A stretch of 64,000 nucleotides of DNA from Candidatus Bathyarchaeota archaeon (GTDB lineage Archaea; Thermoproteota; Bathyarchaeia; Bathyarchaeales; Bathycorpusculaceae): NCBI GenBank assembly GCA_963715865.1, contig OY970280.1:2208001-2272000 (forward strand), given 5' to 3'. Both the position numbers and the translations under genes were made by a program. The notes under the pieces are model-generated. The model was not told the origin of the DNA, made no database searches, and worked only from the letters and a program-made list of their open reading frames with translations. Each line of letters opens with the position of its first letter. The stretch's first letter is position 1. This document shows positions 29,566 to 40,811 of the stretch, one piece after another.

Positions 29566-30036
29566 TTGAAAGAACGTGCAGGAAGTATGTTTATGGAGTT
29601 AAATGAAACGGACATAAAAATTCTCAAAGGTCTTTTAGAGGATGCAAGGTTTTCAAGCAGGCAAATAGCCAAAAATGTAGGCGTTTCAGTTGGAACTGTT
29701 TTGTCTCGAATCAAAAAGATGGAGGATGAGGGTCTCATCAAGGGCTATTCGGTTTTGCTAGATCATGAAAAACTTGGTTACCAATTGACGGTAGTAACTG
29801 AGATTACAGTTTCAAAGGGCAAGCTTGTGGAAACTGAAAATGAAATTGCTAAAATTCCCAACGTGTGCAGCGTCTACGACGTAACAGGCTTGACAGACGC
29901 CATTATTGTTGCTAAGTTTAAGAGTCGAGAGGAACTGGGGCAGTTTACTAAGCGATTGCTATCTTTGCCATATATTGAGCGAACAAACACTCACGTAGTT
30001 TTGACCACTGTGAAAGAAAACTTCCGCCTACTATAG
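29566..30036 (+). CDS. Lrp/AsnC family transcriptional regulator (start likely ATG 29593)
   Basis: N-terminal HTH (DIKIL..DARFSSRQIA) and RAM domain (VYDVTG.TD). Confidence 0.92.
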   Translation: MKERAGSMFMELNETDIKILKGLLEDARFSSRQIAKNVGVSVGTVLSRIKKMEDEGLIKGYSVLLDHEKLGYQLTVVTEITVSKGKLVETENEIAKIPNVCSVYDVTGLTDAIIVAKFKSREELGQFTKRLLSLPYIERTNTHVVLTTVKENFRLL

Positions 30037-30037
30037 T

Positions 30038-31096
30038 TTAAACTATTTTTTCAGTATGATTTTCTTTTTTATATTTAAGTTCCCGTGCAGCAACGGTTAT
30101 TTTTGTTCCTGATGCGACTGGCGAGGTTATCCAGACGTTTCCACCGATGACAACGTTATCACCGATTATCGCGTCTGGTCCGAGAAGGGTTGCGCCTGAA
30201 TAGATAACTACGTTGCTTCCGACTGTCGGATGTCTTTTTCTTCCTTTTATAATGTTTCCTTTTTCATCTTTTGGAAAACTCAGTGCGCCTAAGGTTACGC
30301 CTTGGTAAAGTTTGACGTTGTCGCCTATTTCTGTGGTTTCTCCGATGACTACTCCTGTGCCGTGGTCGATGAAGAAGTTTTTGCCGATTTTTGCGCCCGG
30401 ATGGATATCTATGCCTGTTAAGGAATGGATGTGTTCGCTCATTATTCTCGGAATTAACGGTATACCACGCAGGTAAAGTTCGTGGGCTATCCTGTAAGTT
30501 GTTATCGCCAATACGCATGGGTAGCTTAGGATGACTTCTTCTGTGCTTACGGCTGCTGGGTCTCCTGCGTAAGCGGCTTGGATGTCTTCGCTTAGCATTG
30601 ATCTTATTTCAGGCAGCTTTTCCAGAAGTTCTTTCACTACAACGTGGGCTCTTTTTTGGCATACGTCTTGTGGGCACTCGCTGACTTTTCTGCAGATGTA
30701 TTTTAGGCTTTTTTCCACTTCATCTGTGAGTCTTGTATAAACTGAGGTTAAGGTGGTGCCGAGGTGGTATTTTATGTTGGCTTTGGTGATTTCTGCCTTG
30801 CCCAAGTAGCCTGGGAAAAGAATTGTGAATAAATCTTCTAACACTTCGGTAACTACTTTTTTTGATGGAAGATCTCGTCCTTCAAGGTGATCCATGCCGC
30901 CGAAGGTTTGATAATTAGCCATCATGCTGTCTACTAGTTTTGGTAAGCCTTTTTCAACCCAGTTCTGCTCCACTTTATCATGGTTGCGCATAAGCGCTTC
31001 CAGCATTTTCTCTGGGTTCCAGCATTCAACTTCCAAGTTCTTGTCATCGCATTTTTCGCATTCTTTTGGACGGGGCTGATTAGATTTTGTGGTCAT
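30038..31096 (-). CDS. cysE: Serine O-acetyltransferase
   Basis: [45 protein letters not shown]. Confidence 0.93.
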   Translation of the reverse strand: MTTKSNQPRPKECEKCDDKNLEVECWNPEKMLEALMRNHDKVEQNWVEKGLPKLVDSMMANYQTFGGMDHLEGRDLPSKKVVTEVLEDLFTILFPGYLGKAEITKANIKYHLGTTLTSVYTRLTDEVEKSLKYICRKVSECPQDVCQKRAHVVVKELLEKLPEIRSMLSEDIQAAYAGDPAAVSTEEVILSYPCVLAITTYRIAHELYLRGIPLIPRIMSEHIHSLTGIDIHPGAKIGKNFFIDHGTGVVIGETTEIGDNVKLYQGVTLGALSFPKDEKGNIIKGRKRHPTVGSNVVIYSGATLLGPDAIIGDNVVIGGNVWITSPVASGTKITVAARELKYKKENHTEKIV

Positions 31097-31162
31097 TTTT
31101 GCTTTCCCTTTCTTGATTATGTGGAAAGGGTGAATATAAGAGAAGCGTCTTTTTGACGCGGT

Positions 31163-32125
31163 TTAGATGGTTGTTGTTGAATTTGTTGATGGTTCTTGGA
31201 ACAGTACTGTGCTGAGGTAGCGTTCGCCCGTGTCTGGGAGAATGACGACTATGAGTTTGCCTTTGTTTTCCGGTCTTTTAGCGATTTCTAACGCTGCGTA
31301 TGTTGCTGCGCCTGATGATATGCCCACGAGTAAGCCTTCTTTTAACGCTAGTTGCCGTGCGGTTTGGATTGCGTCATCGTCTTTTACCTTGAATATTTCA
31401 TCTACCAATTCGAGATTTAGTACGTCAGGTTTGAAGCCTGCGCCTATTCCTTGGATTTTGTGTGGCCCTTTCTGGCCGCCGCTTAAGACTGGTGACGCGG
31501 CTGGTTCCACAGCAACGGCTTTGAACTCTGGTTTGAGCGGTTTGATGTATTGTGCTATGCCTGTTATTGTTCCGCCTGTGCCTACACCGGCGACTACAAT
31601 GTCTACTTTTCCGTCTGTATCATTCCAGATTTCTGGCCCGGTTGTTTCTCTGTGAACTTTGGGGTTGGCTAAGTTCTTGAATTGCTGTGGCACGAAACTG
31701 TTTGGCGTTTTTGCAGCTATTTCTTCAGCTTTTTTGATGGCTCCTCCCATGCCGTCTGGTCCTGGCGTGAGGACGAGTTGTGCGCCGTAGGCTTTGAGTA
31801 AGTTACGTCTTTCGATGCTCATGGTTTCTGGCATGGTTAAGATTAATTTGTAGCCTTTCACGGCTGCTACCATGGCTAAGCCGATGCCTGTGTTGCCGCT
31901 TGTCGGCTCGATTATGGTGGTGTCTGGTTTGATTAAGCCTTGTTTTTCCGCTTCCACTATCATGCTTAGGCAGATGCGGTCTTTGACGCTTCCGCCCGGA
32001 TTTCTGGACTCAAGTTTAGCTACCACGGTGGCATTTGTGCCTTGGGTTAACCGGTTTAGTTTTATTAACGGTGTTTTTCCTATGGTTTCTAAAACGTTGC
32101 TGTAAATTTTTGTCATATTAATCAC
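31163..32125 (-). CDS. cysK: Cysteine synthase A (O-acetylserine sulfhydrylase)
   Basis: [17 protein letters not shown] lysine, [31 protein letters not shown]. Confidence 0.96.
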   Translation of the reverse strand: MINMTKIYSNVLETIGKTPLIKLNRLTQGTNATVVAKLESRNPGGSVKDRICLSMIVEAEKQGLIKPDTTIIEPTSGNTGIGLAMVAAVKGYKLILTMPETMSIERRNLLKAYGAQLVLTPGPDGMGGAIKKAEEIAAKTPNSFVPQQFKNLANPKVHRETTGPEIWNDTDGKVDIVVAGVGTGGTITGIAQYIKPLKPEFKAVAVEPAASPVLSGGQKGPHKIQGIGAGFKPDVLNLELVDEIFKVKDDDAIQTARQLALKEGLLVGISSGAATYAALEIAKRPENKGKLIVVILPDTGERYLSTVLFQEPSTNSTTTI

Positions 32126-32290
32126 CTATTTTTCAGGGAAATAAACCTTATTGCTCACTCCAAAGGTATTCAGAAACTTCATAGTTATAAACAAATCTAA
32201 CACTGAATGTGCCATCCTGTAAAGTAAAGCCTTTAAATGTCATGACTAATTCTATATTTCGCGCCAGCCTCAAACAACAAAAGCATGCTC

Positions 32291-32375
32291 GCGGAGGTCG
32301 CCCAGCATGGCCAAAGGCGTAGGACTGAGGCTCCTATCCCGCAGGGGTTCGTGGGTTCAAATCCCACCCTCCGCA
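32291..32375 (+). tRNA. tRNA-Leu(GAG), intronless, CCA not encoded
   Basis: Acceptor GCGGAGG/CCTCCGC, anticodon arm TAGGA-CTGAGGC-TCCTA, long variable arm, T arm GTGGG-TTCAAAT-CCCAC, discriminator A. Confidence 0.95.
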
Positions 32376-32599
32376 CTTTGCCCCTTTTGCCAAATAAAGC
32401 CTAATTATCGGCTATTTGTGTGAATACTGGCAAAAAAAGCTTTTAATTAACAGGATTCGTCGCCTAATCGTACAAAATCGCTCACTATCTAAAGGCACGC
32501 AAGAGGTATTGGAGGAGTCTTACATTAAAGTTCGAAGATTTTTCTATATTCAGGGTTCAAATCCTACCAGACCATTTACGAGTTTAAAGCGCGTGCGCT

Positions 32600-32770
32600 A
32601 TGGTACATTGTCATGATATGAAATTAGGTCAGGTTTATGTTTGCGAAGAATGCGGACTCGAGCTAAAGGTTGCGAAGAGCTGTACTGAAAAGGGTAATCA
32701 CCCCAAAGGAGTATCTTGCACTCGTTGCGTTCACGTGTGCTGCAATAGAGATATGAAATTGAGAGAGTAG
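32600..32770 (+). CDS. 56-aa Cys/His-rich desulforedoxin-like or metallothionein-like protein; not in ORF track
   Basis: Hand translation MVHCHDMKLGQVYVCEECGLELKVAKSCTEKGNHPKGVSCTRCVHVCCNRDMKLRE; CxxC...CC pattern, 8 Cys, 4 His. Confidence 0.7.
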   Translation: MVHCHDMKLGQVYVCEECGLELKVAKSCTEKGNHPKGVSCTRCVHVCCNRDMKLRE

Positions 32771-32895
32771 ACGTAAATGCTCTCTAAACAGTAAACGCTC
32801 TGTAGAGCCCGCGCTTAGACTAGAAATCAATGTTACTTAATGTTAACAGGAAAGTATTATAGATGGAAAACGAAGAATTACGTAAGGAATAAAGA

Positions 32896-33483
32896 ATGAC
32901 AGTTGTAGACAGACTCGCGCCTGATTTTGAGGGAACAGCGTATTTCAACGGCAAGGTGACAAAGGTTAAGCTCTCGGATTACAAGGGAAAGTGGGTTTTG
33001 GTGTGCTTCTATCCAGGAGACTTTACTTATGTGTGTGCAACTGAAGTCGCTGGCATAATAAGGAACTACGAGAACCTCCAGCAGTTTGGTGGCGTAGGCA
33101 TCGCTATAAGCGCAGATTCAGTTCACTCTCACAAGGTTTGGGCAGAGACAAGTCCAGCGATAACATCTGCTTTGAAGGAAACGGGAAGAAAATTCCCTCC
33201 TATGCCTATGGTAGCCGACCCAACTTTTGAAATCGGTAGGAAGTACGGGGTAGTTGATGAAAAAGAGGGTGTCGAAACGAGAGGAAGATTCATTGTTGAC
33301 CCTGATGGAATTGTGCGAGGATATGAAGTGTTGAACGCCACGGTGGGGAGAAACCTAGAAGAGACATTCAGGCAACTCCAAGCATTCAAATTCGTAAGGG
33401 ACACCGGAAAAGTCACACCAGCAGGATGGAAACCCGGCGAGGAAGGAATTGAACCAAAAATAGAAAACGCTGGAAGAATATAG
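32896..33483 (+). CDS. ahpC: AhpC/Prx1-type peroxiredoxin
   Basis: FYPGDFTYVCATE peroxidatic motif, RGRFIVDPDG, VGRN. Confidence 0.92.
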   Translation: MTVVDRLAPDFEGTAYFNGKVTKVKLSDYKGKWVLVCFYPGDFTYVCATEVAGIIRNYENLQQFGGVGIAISADSVHSHKVWAETSPAITSALKETGRKFPPMPMVADPTFEIGRKYGVVDEKEGVETRGRFIVDPDGIVRGYEVLNATVGRNLEETFRQLQAFKFVRDTGKVTPAGWKPGEEGIEPKIENAGRI

Positions 33484-33852
33484 CCACTATAATCGAAAAA
33501 TTAATTTTTCCTTTTTCTATATTCGAGAGTCAAAAATGGGTACGGAAAGTTGAAGAACTCTTCCTATGAAAGGACAGCGACTGGTTTAAAAACGACAAAT
33601 AGAAAATCAAGAAAATCAGTACCATGGGAGTTACCATTCCTAGACTGTAATTTCTACCAAGAATTACGTTTTTTATAACAAAAAGGCTTTAGAGCCTTAT
33701 GTTCAGCTGAACATACCTTAGCTGGCGATATCCCCCGTGCACCCCCACTTTTTCTTTGTTTTTTGAAGGCTTCGCGCGTGTCACCGACTTCAACACATAA
33801 TATTGGGAAAGGTAGCGCGGCTTATCATATTGTCATCGCTAGCTACCTCTTG

Positions 33853-36141
<2,289 letters not shown>

Positions 36142-36155
36142 TTATTATCTAATAA
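36142..36155. promoter_or_regulatory. Possible Fur/PerR-type operator (TTATTA-TC-TAATAA dyad)
   Basis: Perfect 6-bp inverted repeat in the divergent katG/fur intergenic region; AT-rich, so it could be chance. Confidence 0.3.
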
Positions 36156-36160
36156 TTTAT

Positions 36161-36598
36161 ATGACGGCTTCTCTTAAATCAGACGCCTCTGCAATTGAAG
36201 CTCTGCGAAGCAAAGGATACAAGGCAACCCCGCAGAGAATAGCCATCTGCCGAATCGCGCTCAACAGCAGAGCCCACCCTTCAGCTCAACAAGTGTACGA
36301 TGAGGTTAAGAAAATTTATCCGACTGTTAGTCTAGCAACGGTCTACAAGACTTTGGAAGTACTTAGGAATTTAGAGTTGGTACAGGAGATTAATTTTCCC
36401 AAGGGGCAGGCGAGGTTTGATTCTTACATGAGTCCTCACATAAACCTGATTTGCTTGAAATGCGGTAAAATCATAGACTTAGACGATACGGCTGTAAAAG
36501 AAATAACAAGGAAAGTTGCAGCAGCGACAAAATTCAAGCCAACCGGGCAACGCATGGATGTATACGGGATTTGTCAAAAATGCAGTGACACCAAATAG
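36161..36598 (+). CDS. perR: Fur/PerR family transcriptional regulator
   Basis: TPQR, HPSA..VY, SLATVYKTL, H.NLICLKCG and GICQKC zinc sites; divergent from katG. Confidence 0.9.
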   Translation: MTASLKSDASAIEALRSKGYKATPQRIAICRIALNSRAHPSAQQVYDEVKKIYPTVSLATVYKTLEVLRNLELVQEINFPKGQARFDSYMSPHINLICLKCGKIIDLDDTAVKEITRKVAAATKFKPTGQRMDVYGICQKCSDTK

Positions 36599-36609
36599 CA
36601 AGGGCGCAC

Positions 36610-37050
36610 GCATTTGACAGATAAAAGGAATCAGCCTCTTGGTTCTTTTCATGTATTGAAGGTACTCGGATCCAAACTTTTCGACTAGGATTTTTTCTTC
36701 AATTCCTATCCTGTAAAGGAAAAGCGGAATAATCCCCAGCATTACAAGAAAACCGCAAACGCTTCAAAACACCAGCGGAATAGCTGGCGTGTAGATCAGA
36801 GCAGTCAGCGTAATGGGGTGCCGAATATGCTTGTAGACTCCTTATTGTATGAGCTTCCGGTCCTTCAGCGTTCTCAAACCGTACGAATAGTTCTTCCCAA
36901 ATGCGCGCTTTCTTACTTGCCGAAGAATGGTTCCGCCAATAAACATCGCCAACCCCACAGTATTGAGCAATCCTAAACTCCAAACAGCTTTCTGCAGCCG
37001 TACAAAATCCCATACTGCCACAAGCGTTCCAATAACAAAAACAAACTAAA
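36610..37050 (-). pseudogene. Isoprenylcysteine carboxyl methyltransferase (ICMT/STE14) family pseudogene
   Basis: One frame reads ..KLIQ*GVYKHIRHP..PLVF*SV..RIGIEEKILVEKFGSEYLQYMKRTKRLIPF with in-frame TAA (36844-36842) and TGA (36766-36764); boundaries approximate. Confidence 0.8.
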
Positions 37051-37112
37051 CTCACACAAAACTTATCTCGTCTTGAACCATTATGTAAACCACTATCTGT
37101 GGTGAACCAAGA

Positions 37113-37418
37113 ATGGGATTTGTTAAGGTTGCTCCAAAAGAAGAAGTACCCGCAGGCAAAATGAAGCTGGTCGAAGCAAACGGAACGCAAGTTTTGCTCG
37201 CAAACATCGCAGGGGAATACTATGCTATCGGCAACAAGTGTACTCACAGGGGCTGCAAGCTTTCCAGTGGGACATTAGATGGGGAAATCGTGGAGTGTCC
37301 CTGCCACGGCTCGAAGTTTAGTGTGAAGACTGGCGAAGCGGTACATGGACCTGCAACCAAGCCGGAACCCAAATATGCCGTGAAGGTGGAAGAAGACCAG
37401 ATTTTAATCAACGCCTAA
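37113..37418 (+). CDS. Rieske-type [2Fe-2S] ferredoxin
   Basis: CTH and CPCHGSKF Rieske boxes. Confidence 0.92.
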   Translation: MGFVKVAPKEEVPAGKMKLVEANGTQVLLANIAGEYYAIGNKCTHRGCKLSSGTLDGEIVECPCHGSKFSVKTGEAVHGPATKPEPKYAVKVEEDQILINA

Positions 37419-37504
37419 TACCACCATAATCCTCGTTTTTTTCTATAGGTAGTGCAATTATGAGCGAAATGAATCAAGTGCAAAAGTCAATTTCCTGCCC
37501 TTTT

Positions 37505-38629
37505 GCGCGCGCCAGTGCGTTGCTAAATTGTTTGGATTGACATTTTCATGCTAAACGGACTTGTATTTGATCAATTCGTAAGTCTGGTATGGAGAAAAAT
37601 GGAAGTTCCTGCTCCATTTTGCGCAGTTTAAACATGGACGACATAGAAGAGGTTCTATCCGAAGCCTACCACAAAGAAGGCGCAGGCAGGCCTCCGAGAA
37701 AGCCGATAGGCATATTCAAAGCGTTAATAATTAAACGGGTCAAGCAAATTCCAAGCGACAGAGAACTGTACCGCCGATTATGGCAAGACGAAGACATGAG
37801 ACGAGTCTGCGACATAGAAGAACAGGAAAAACCATACCGTCCCTCACAGGTGACGCGTTTCAGGCATCGCGTCGGCGTTGAAAGGCTCGAGAAAATCCTG
37901 AATACCCTGCTTGATGAGCTACGCAAGCGCAAAGTCATAGTCGGCAAGAAGGTGGTCATGGATGCCACGTTTGTCAAGGCTTACAGCAGGCGAGATCCAC
38001 ATGACAACAGCCGTGGAAAGTCGGATCCACAAGCCAGAGTGGGTAGAGACGGCAAAACCTACGAGCTTGGCTACAAGCTGCATTTAGCGGTGGACGCGAA
38101 GTCTGAGCTGCCTCTGGCTGTCGTTGTGGCTCCGGCTAACGATAACGAGAAGAAGCATGCTCCAGCCCTGTTCAAGAAAGCTTGGAAGGCTGCGGGTGGA
38201 AGGACGAGGTTTATGATCGGTGACTCGCAGTTTTCAAGCAAGCGTTTTCGCGAGAAAGTGTCTGATCTGGGTGTTAGGGCGGTGATTCCTTATCCCACGA
38301 ATCAGGTGCGAGGCAAGAAGGGAGTGCTCAGGGTTGATCATTTCTTTAGGGTTCATGGGCCTACGGGGGAGAAAAGGCTTTACAGGTCAAGGTACTCGAT
38401 TGAGCGGGTCAATTCTAGACTCAAAGAGCAGGTGTGTCTGGAGAATCATCGGGTTAGGGGTTTGGAGAGAATGACGTTTCATGCCTTGTTCTGTTTGATT
38501 GCGATGCTTCTGAACGCGGTTGCTGCTGTCCGATTGGGCAAACGGGAAAAGGTTCGGTCCATGTCTTTTCTGGCAGAATGAGCAGAAATTAACATGAAAA
38601 ATTCAATTTAGCAACGAACTGGCGCGCTC
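37505..38629. mobile_element. Insertion sequence (IS5/IS1182/IS4-like DDE family)
   Basis: Terminal inverted repeats GCGCGCCAGTGCGTTGCTAAATTG (37507-37530) and its near complement (38604-38627), 23 of 24 identical, enclosing a transposase; no target duplication seen. Confidence 0.85.
37589..38581 (+). CDS. DDE transposase
   Basis: GRPP N-terminal domain, MDATFV, GYKLHLAVD, IGDSQF and IERVNSRLK (D-D-E) motifs. Confidence 0.92.
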   Translation: MEKNGSSCSILRSLNMDDIEEVLSEAYHKEGAGRPPRKPIGIFKALIIKRVKQIPSDRELYRRLWQDEDMRRVCDIEEQEKPYRPSQVTRFRHRVGVERLEKILNTLLDELRKRKVIVGKKVVMDATFVKAYSRRDPHDNSRGKSDPQARVGRDGKTYELGYKLHLAVDAKSELPLAVVVAPANDNEKKHAPALFKKAWKAAGGRTRFMIGDSQFSSKRFREKVSDLGVRAVIPYPTNQVRGKKGVLRVDHFFRVHGPTGEKRLYRSRYSIERVNSRLKEQVCLENHRVRGLERMTFHALFCLIAMLLNAVAAVRLGKREKVRSMSFLAE

Positions 38630-38837
38630 ATAAAATGGCATGAGCGCCCACCACGTTTAACACTTCTCATACCATCGCGCTACTTACGCGTGGTGATGAA
38701 TTATCTGTTTCGCATTTTTTGTTGTGAGAATTCGTTTGGTAGATTGTTGAAACGACCTTTGAGGTCACCTATGAAGTTACCAGAACCATAAGAAAAAGTT
38801 TATAGCGAGGAAACTATTCAAAATATCTGGTTGTCAC

Positions 38838-39239
38838 ATGGCAACTATTCCTAAAGAGATTGTTGATATTCTTAATGCGCAAGATTCAATTAAAATCTTA
38901 GCTTCAGCTGATGAAAACGGAATGCCTAATGCGGTACCTGTCTACAGTATAACACCTATTAGTAATGACACATTAGCTTTTGCGGAAATGATGATTATAC
39001 ATACAAAGCATAACCTAGAAAAAACCAAGAAAGCTTCTGTAACAGTTTTTAAGCTTCCTGCCACTGCTTATCAACTAAAGGGCACATTTCTCGGTTTCCA
39101 AACGTCAGGTCAACTGTTTGATAATTTTGCAAAAAGGATGGCTGAACATAAATTGCCTCCTATCAAAAGTGTTGGCATCATAAAAGTCGAGGAAGTTTAT
39201 GCTGCTTCTCCTGGGGCAGGTAGCAAAAAGTTAGCGTAA
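38838..39239 (+). CDS. Pyridoxamine 5'-phosphate oxidase-like FMN-binding protein
   Basis: LASADENGMPNAVP..HTKHNLE..YQLKG split-barrel pattern. Confidence 0.85.
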   Translation: MATIPKEIVDILNAQDSIKILASADENGMPNAVPVYSITPISNDTLAFAEMMIIHTKHNLEKTKKASVTVFKLPATAYQLKGTFLGFQTSGQLFDNFAKRMAEHKLPPIKSVGIIKVEEVYAASPGAGSKKLA

Positions 39240-39414
39240 AAACTTCAAGTTTTTGACTCAGTTTTTGTCTTTTTCTTATTGTTTCCAAATGCATGCGTGA
39301 AATTTAAACGTGAATGTAAACCTAACCCTCCGCACCAATGTTAAAGGCTTGTTTCTTTACGGGTTATAATAATCTTAAAATCTTTCTTTGCCATATATGT
39401 TTATGGTGATGTTT

Positions 39415-39609
39415 ATGTCTAAGAAAACAACGGTAATCTTGCGTGACGATGTTTACCAAACGCTAAAAGAGAAAGCAGGCGCCCGAAACATTTCCAACGA
39501 AATAAACAAAATCCTCATTGAGCACTTTGCAAAAACAGAAAGCATGTTTGGCACCATGAAAAAAACTGACACTGCTGACCTAAGAGACCACAAGGACCGC
39601 TGCTTATGA
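39415..39609 (+). CDS. vapB: VapB-type antitoxin
   Basis: Small basic protein (MSKKTTVILRDDVYQTL..) overlapping the vapC start by 4 nt. Confidence 0.75.
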   Translation: MSKKTTVILRDDVYQTLKEKAGARNISNEINKILIEHFAKTESMFGTMKKTDTADLRDHKDRCL

Positions 39610-39995
39610 GATATGTTATCGACTCCTATGCTTGGATTGAATATTTCATGAGGACAAAAGCAGGTGAGAACGCCAAGGCTATAATTGAAAATTCTGAAGA
39701 AAAAATAACCCCTACCATTTGTTTAGCGGAAGTTTATGCCAAGACCCTCAAGGTTGAAAGTCAAGAACTTGCCGAAAAGCAAAAGACTTTCGTGAAAGAA
39801 AAAAGTGCGCTTGTATATCTGGACGAGTCAATCGCCGTAGAATCCGCTAAAGTGCAAGTCCGTATGAAAAAAGAAATTGATGGATGGGGACTAGCTGACT
39901 CAATAGTTTACGCAACTGCAATCGTTAAGAAAGCAGAAGTAGTAACAGGAGACGAACACTTTAAAAAACTCAAAAATGTGCTGTTTATAAAATAA
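39606..39995 (+). CDS. vapC: PIN-domain toxin VapC
   Basis: VIDSYAWIE, LAEV, LADSIVYATA, VTGDEHF acidic PIN motifs. Confidence 0.92.
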   Translation: MRYVIDSYAWIEYFMRTKAGENAKAIIENSEEKITPTICLAEVYAKTLKVESQELAEKQKTFVKEKSALVYLDESIAVESAKVQVRMKKEIDGWGLADSIVYATAIVKKAEVVTGDEHFKKLKNVLFIK

Positions 39996-40014
39996 CCAAC
40001 CTTGGTTTAATTAA

Positions 40015-40073
40015 GCGTAGGACTGAGGCTCCTATCCCGCAGGGGTTCGTGGGTTCAAATCTCACCCTCCGCA
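40015..40073 (+). repeat. 3' fragment of tRNA-Leu(GAG) (att site), followed by CCA
   Basis: 58/59 identical to 32317-32375; lacks the acceptor 5' strand and D arm. Confidence 0.93.
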
Positions 40074-40168
40074 CCAAATTGCAAAGAAACTTTTCCATCA
40101 AAAAACCATTTTTCATAAGTAACGGTTAAAAGCCAATGATGCACACAAATATTTAGCATCCAAAAGGT

Positions 40169-40798
40169 TTGGTTACAAAAATGCAATCCGCTAAAACCGA
40201 ACAAAGAAAATTCGTATTTGTTGACCCAGGCAAGTGTACTGGTTGCGGAATCTGCGAGTACGCTTGCACACTAGAAAAAGGCGAAGCCATCTGGAACCCA
40301 ATCAGGTCCAGAATCCGCGTTATCCGCATGACACCACTCTTCAACTTCGCCCTTGCCTGTCGCGCATGCAAAGACGCCAAATGCGTAAAAGCATGCCCAG
40401 AAAAAGCTCTTTCACAAGCAGAAAACACAGGCTTACTGATAATCGATGAGAAGAAATGTAAAGGCTGCGATTGGTGCGTTCAAGCCTGCGAATACGGCGG
40501 AATCACCATACACTCCGACACAGGAAAAGCCATCGCCTGTGACCTTTGCCAAGGTGAACCCAAATGCATCGAAGCATGCCCAGAAGAAGCCTTAGAACTT
40601 GTTGATTCTGACGAAGCAGCAGAAAAACGTTTCAACGACGCGCTAGAAAAGTTGCCTGCAGAAACCGAGCAGTTAACCACCGCAGTCAAGAACAAGGATT
40701 GGAAACCACTGCTAGCCATTGCAGAGAAGCGATCCGAAAAAGTCACAGAGAAGCTTGAAGCGTTAAACAAGAAGGCAGTTGCACAAAAACAAAAGTAA
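40169..40798 (+). CDS. 4Fe-4S dicluster electron-transfer protein (HydN/CooF-like) with helical tail
   Basis: CTGCGICEYAC, CRAC..C..ACP, CKGCDWC..ACEY, CDLC..C..ACP. Confidence 0.9.
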   Translation: MVTKMQSAKTEQRKFVFVDPGKCTGCGICEYACTLEKGEAIWNPIRSRIRVIRMTPLFNFALACRACKDAKCVKACPEKALSQAENTGLLIIDEKKCKGCDWCVQACEYGGITIHSDTGKAIACDLCQGEPKCIEACPEEALELVDSDEAAEKRFNDALEKLPAETEQLTTAVKNKDWKPLLAIAEKRSEKVTEKLEALNKKAVAQKQK

Positions 40799-40811
40799 CT
40801 CTTTTTCTGAA

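Noticed and set aside
32376-32616. SSV-type split integrase fragments at the island ends (including the 66-aa ORF 32416-32616)
   Set aside because: No R-H-R-H/W-Y tyrosine recombinase motifs found beside either att copy; its GSNP is just the T-loop-like sequence read as codons
36764-36766. Selenocysteine at the in-frame TGA of the ICMT-like gene
   Set aside because: A TAA also interrupts the same frame, and the position is not a catalytic Cys site
40015-40076. Trans-spliced (split) tRNA half
   Set aside because: The fragment duplicates an intact tRNA in the same window, includes the full anticodon arm, and has no complementary leader; an att site is the simpler explanation
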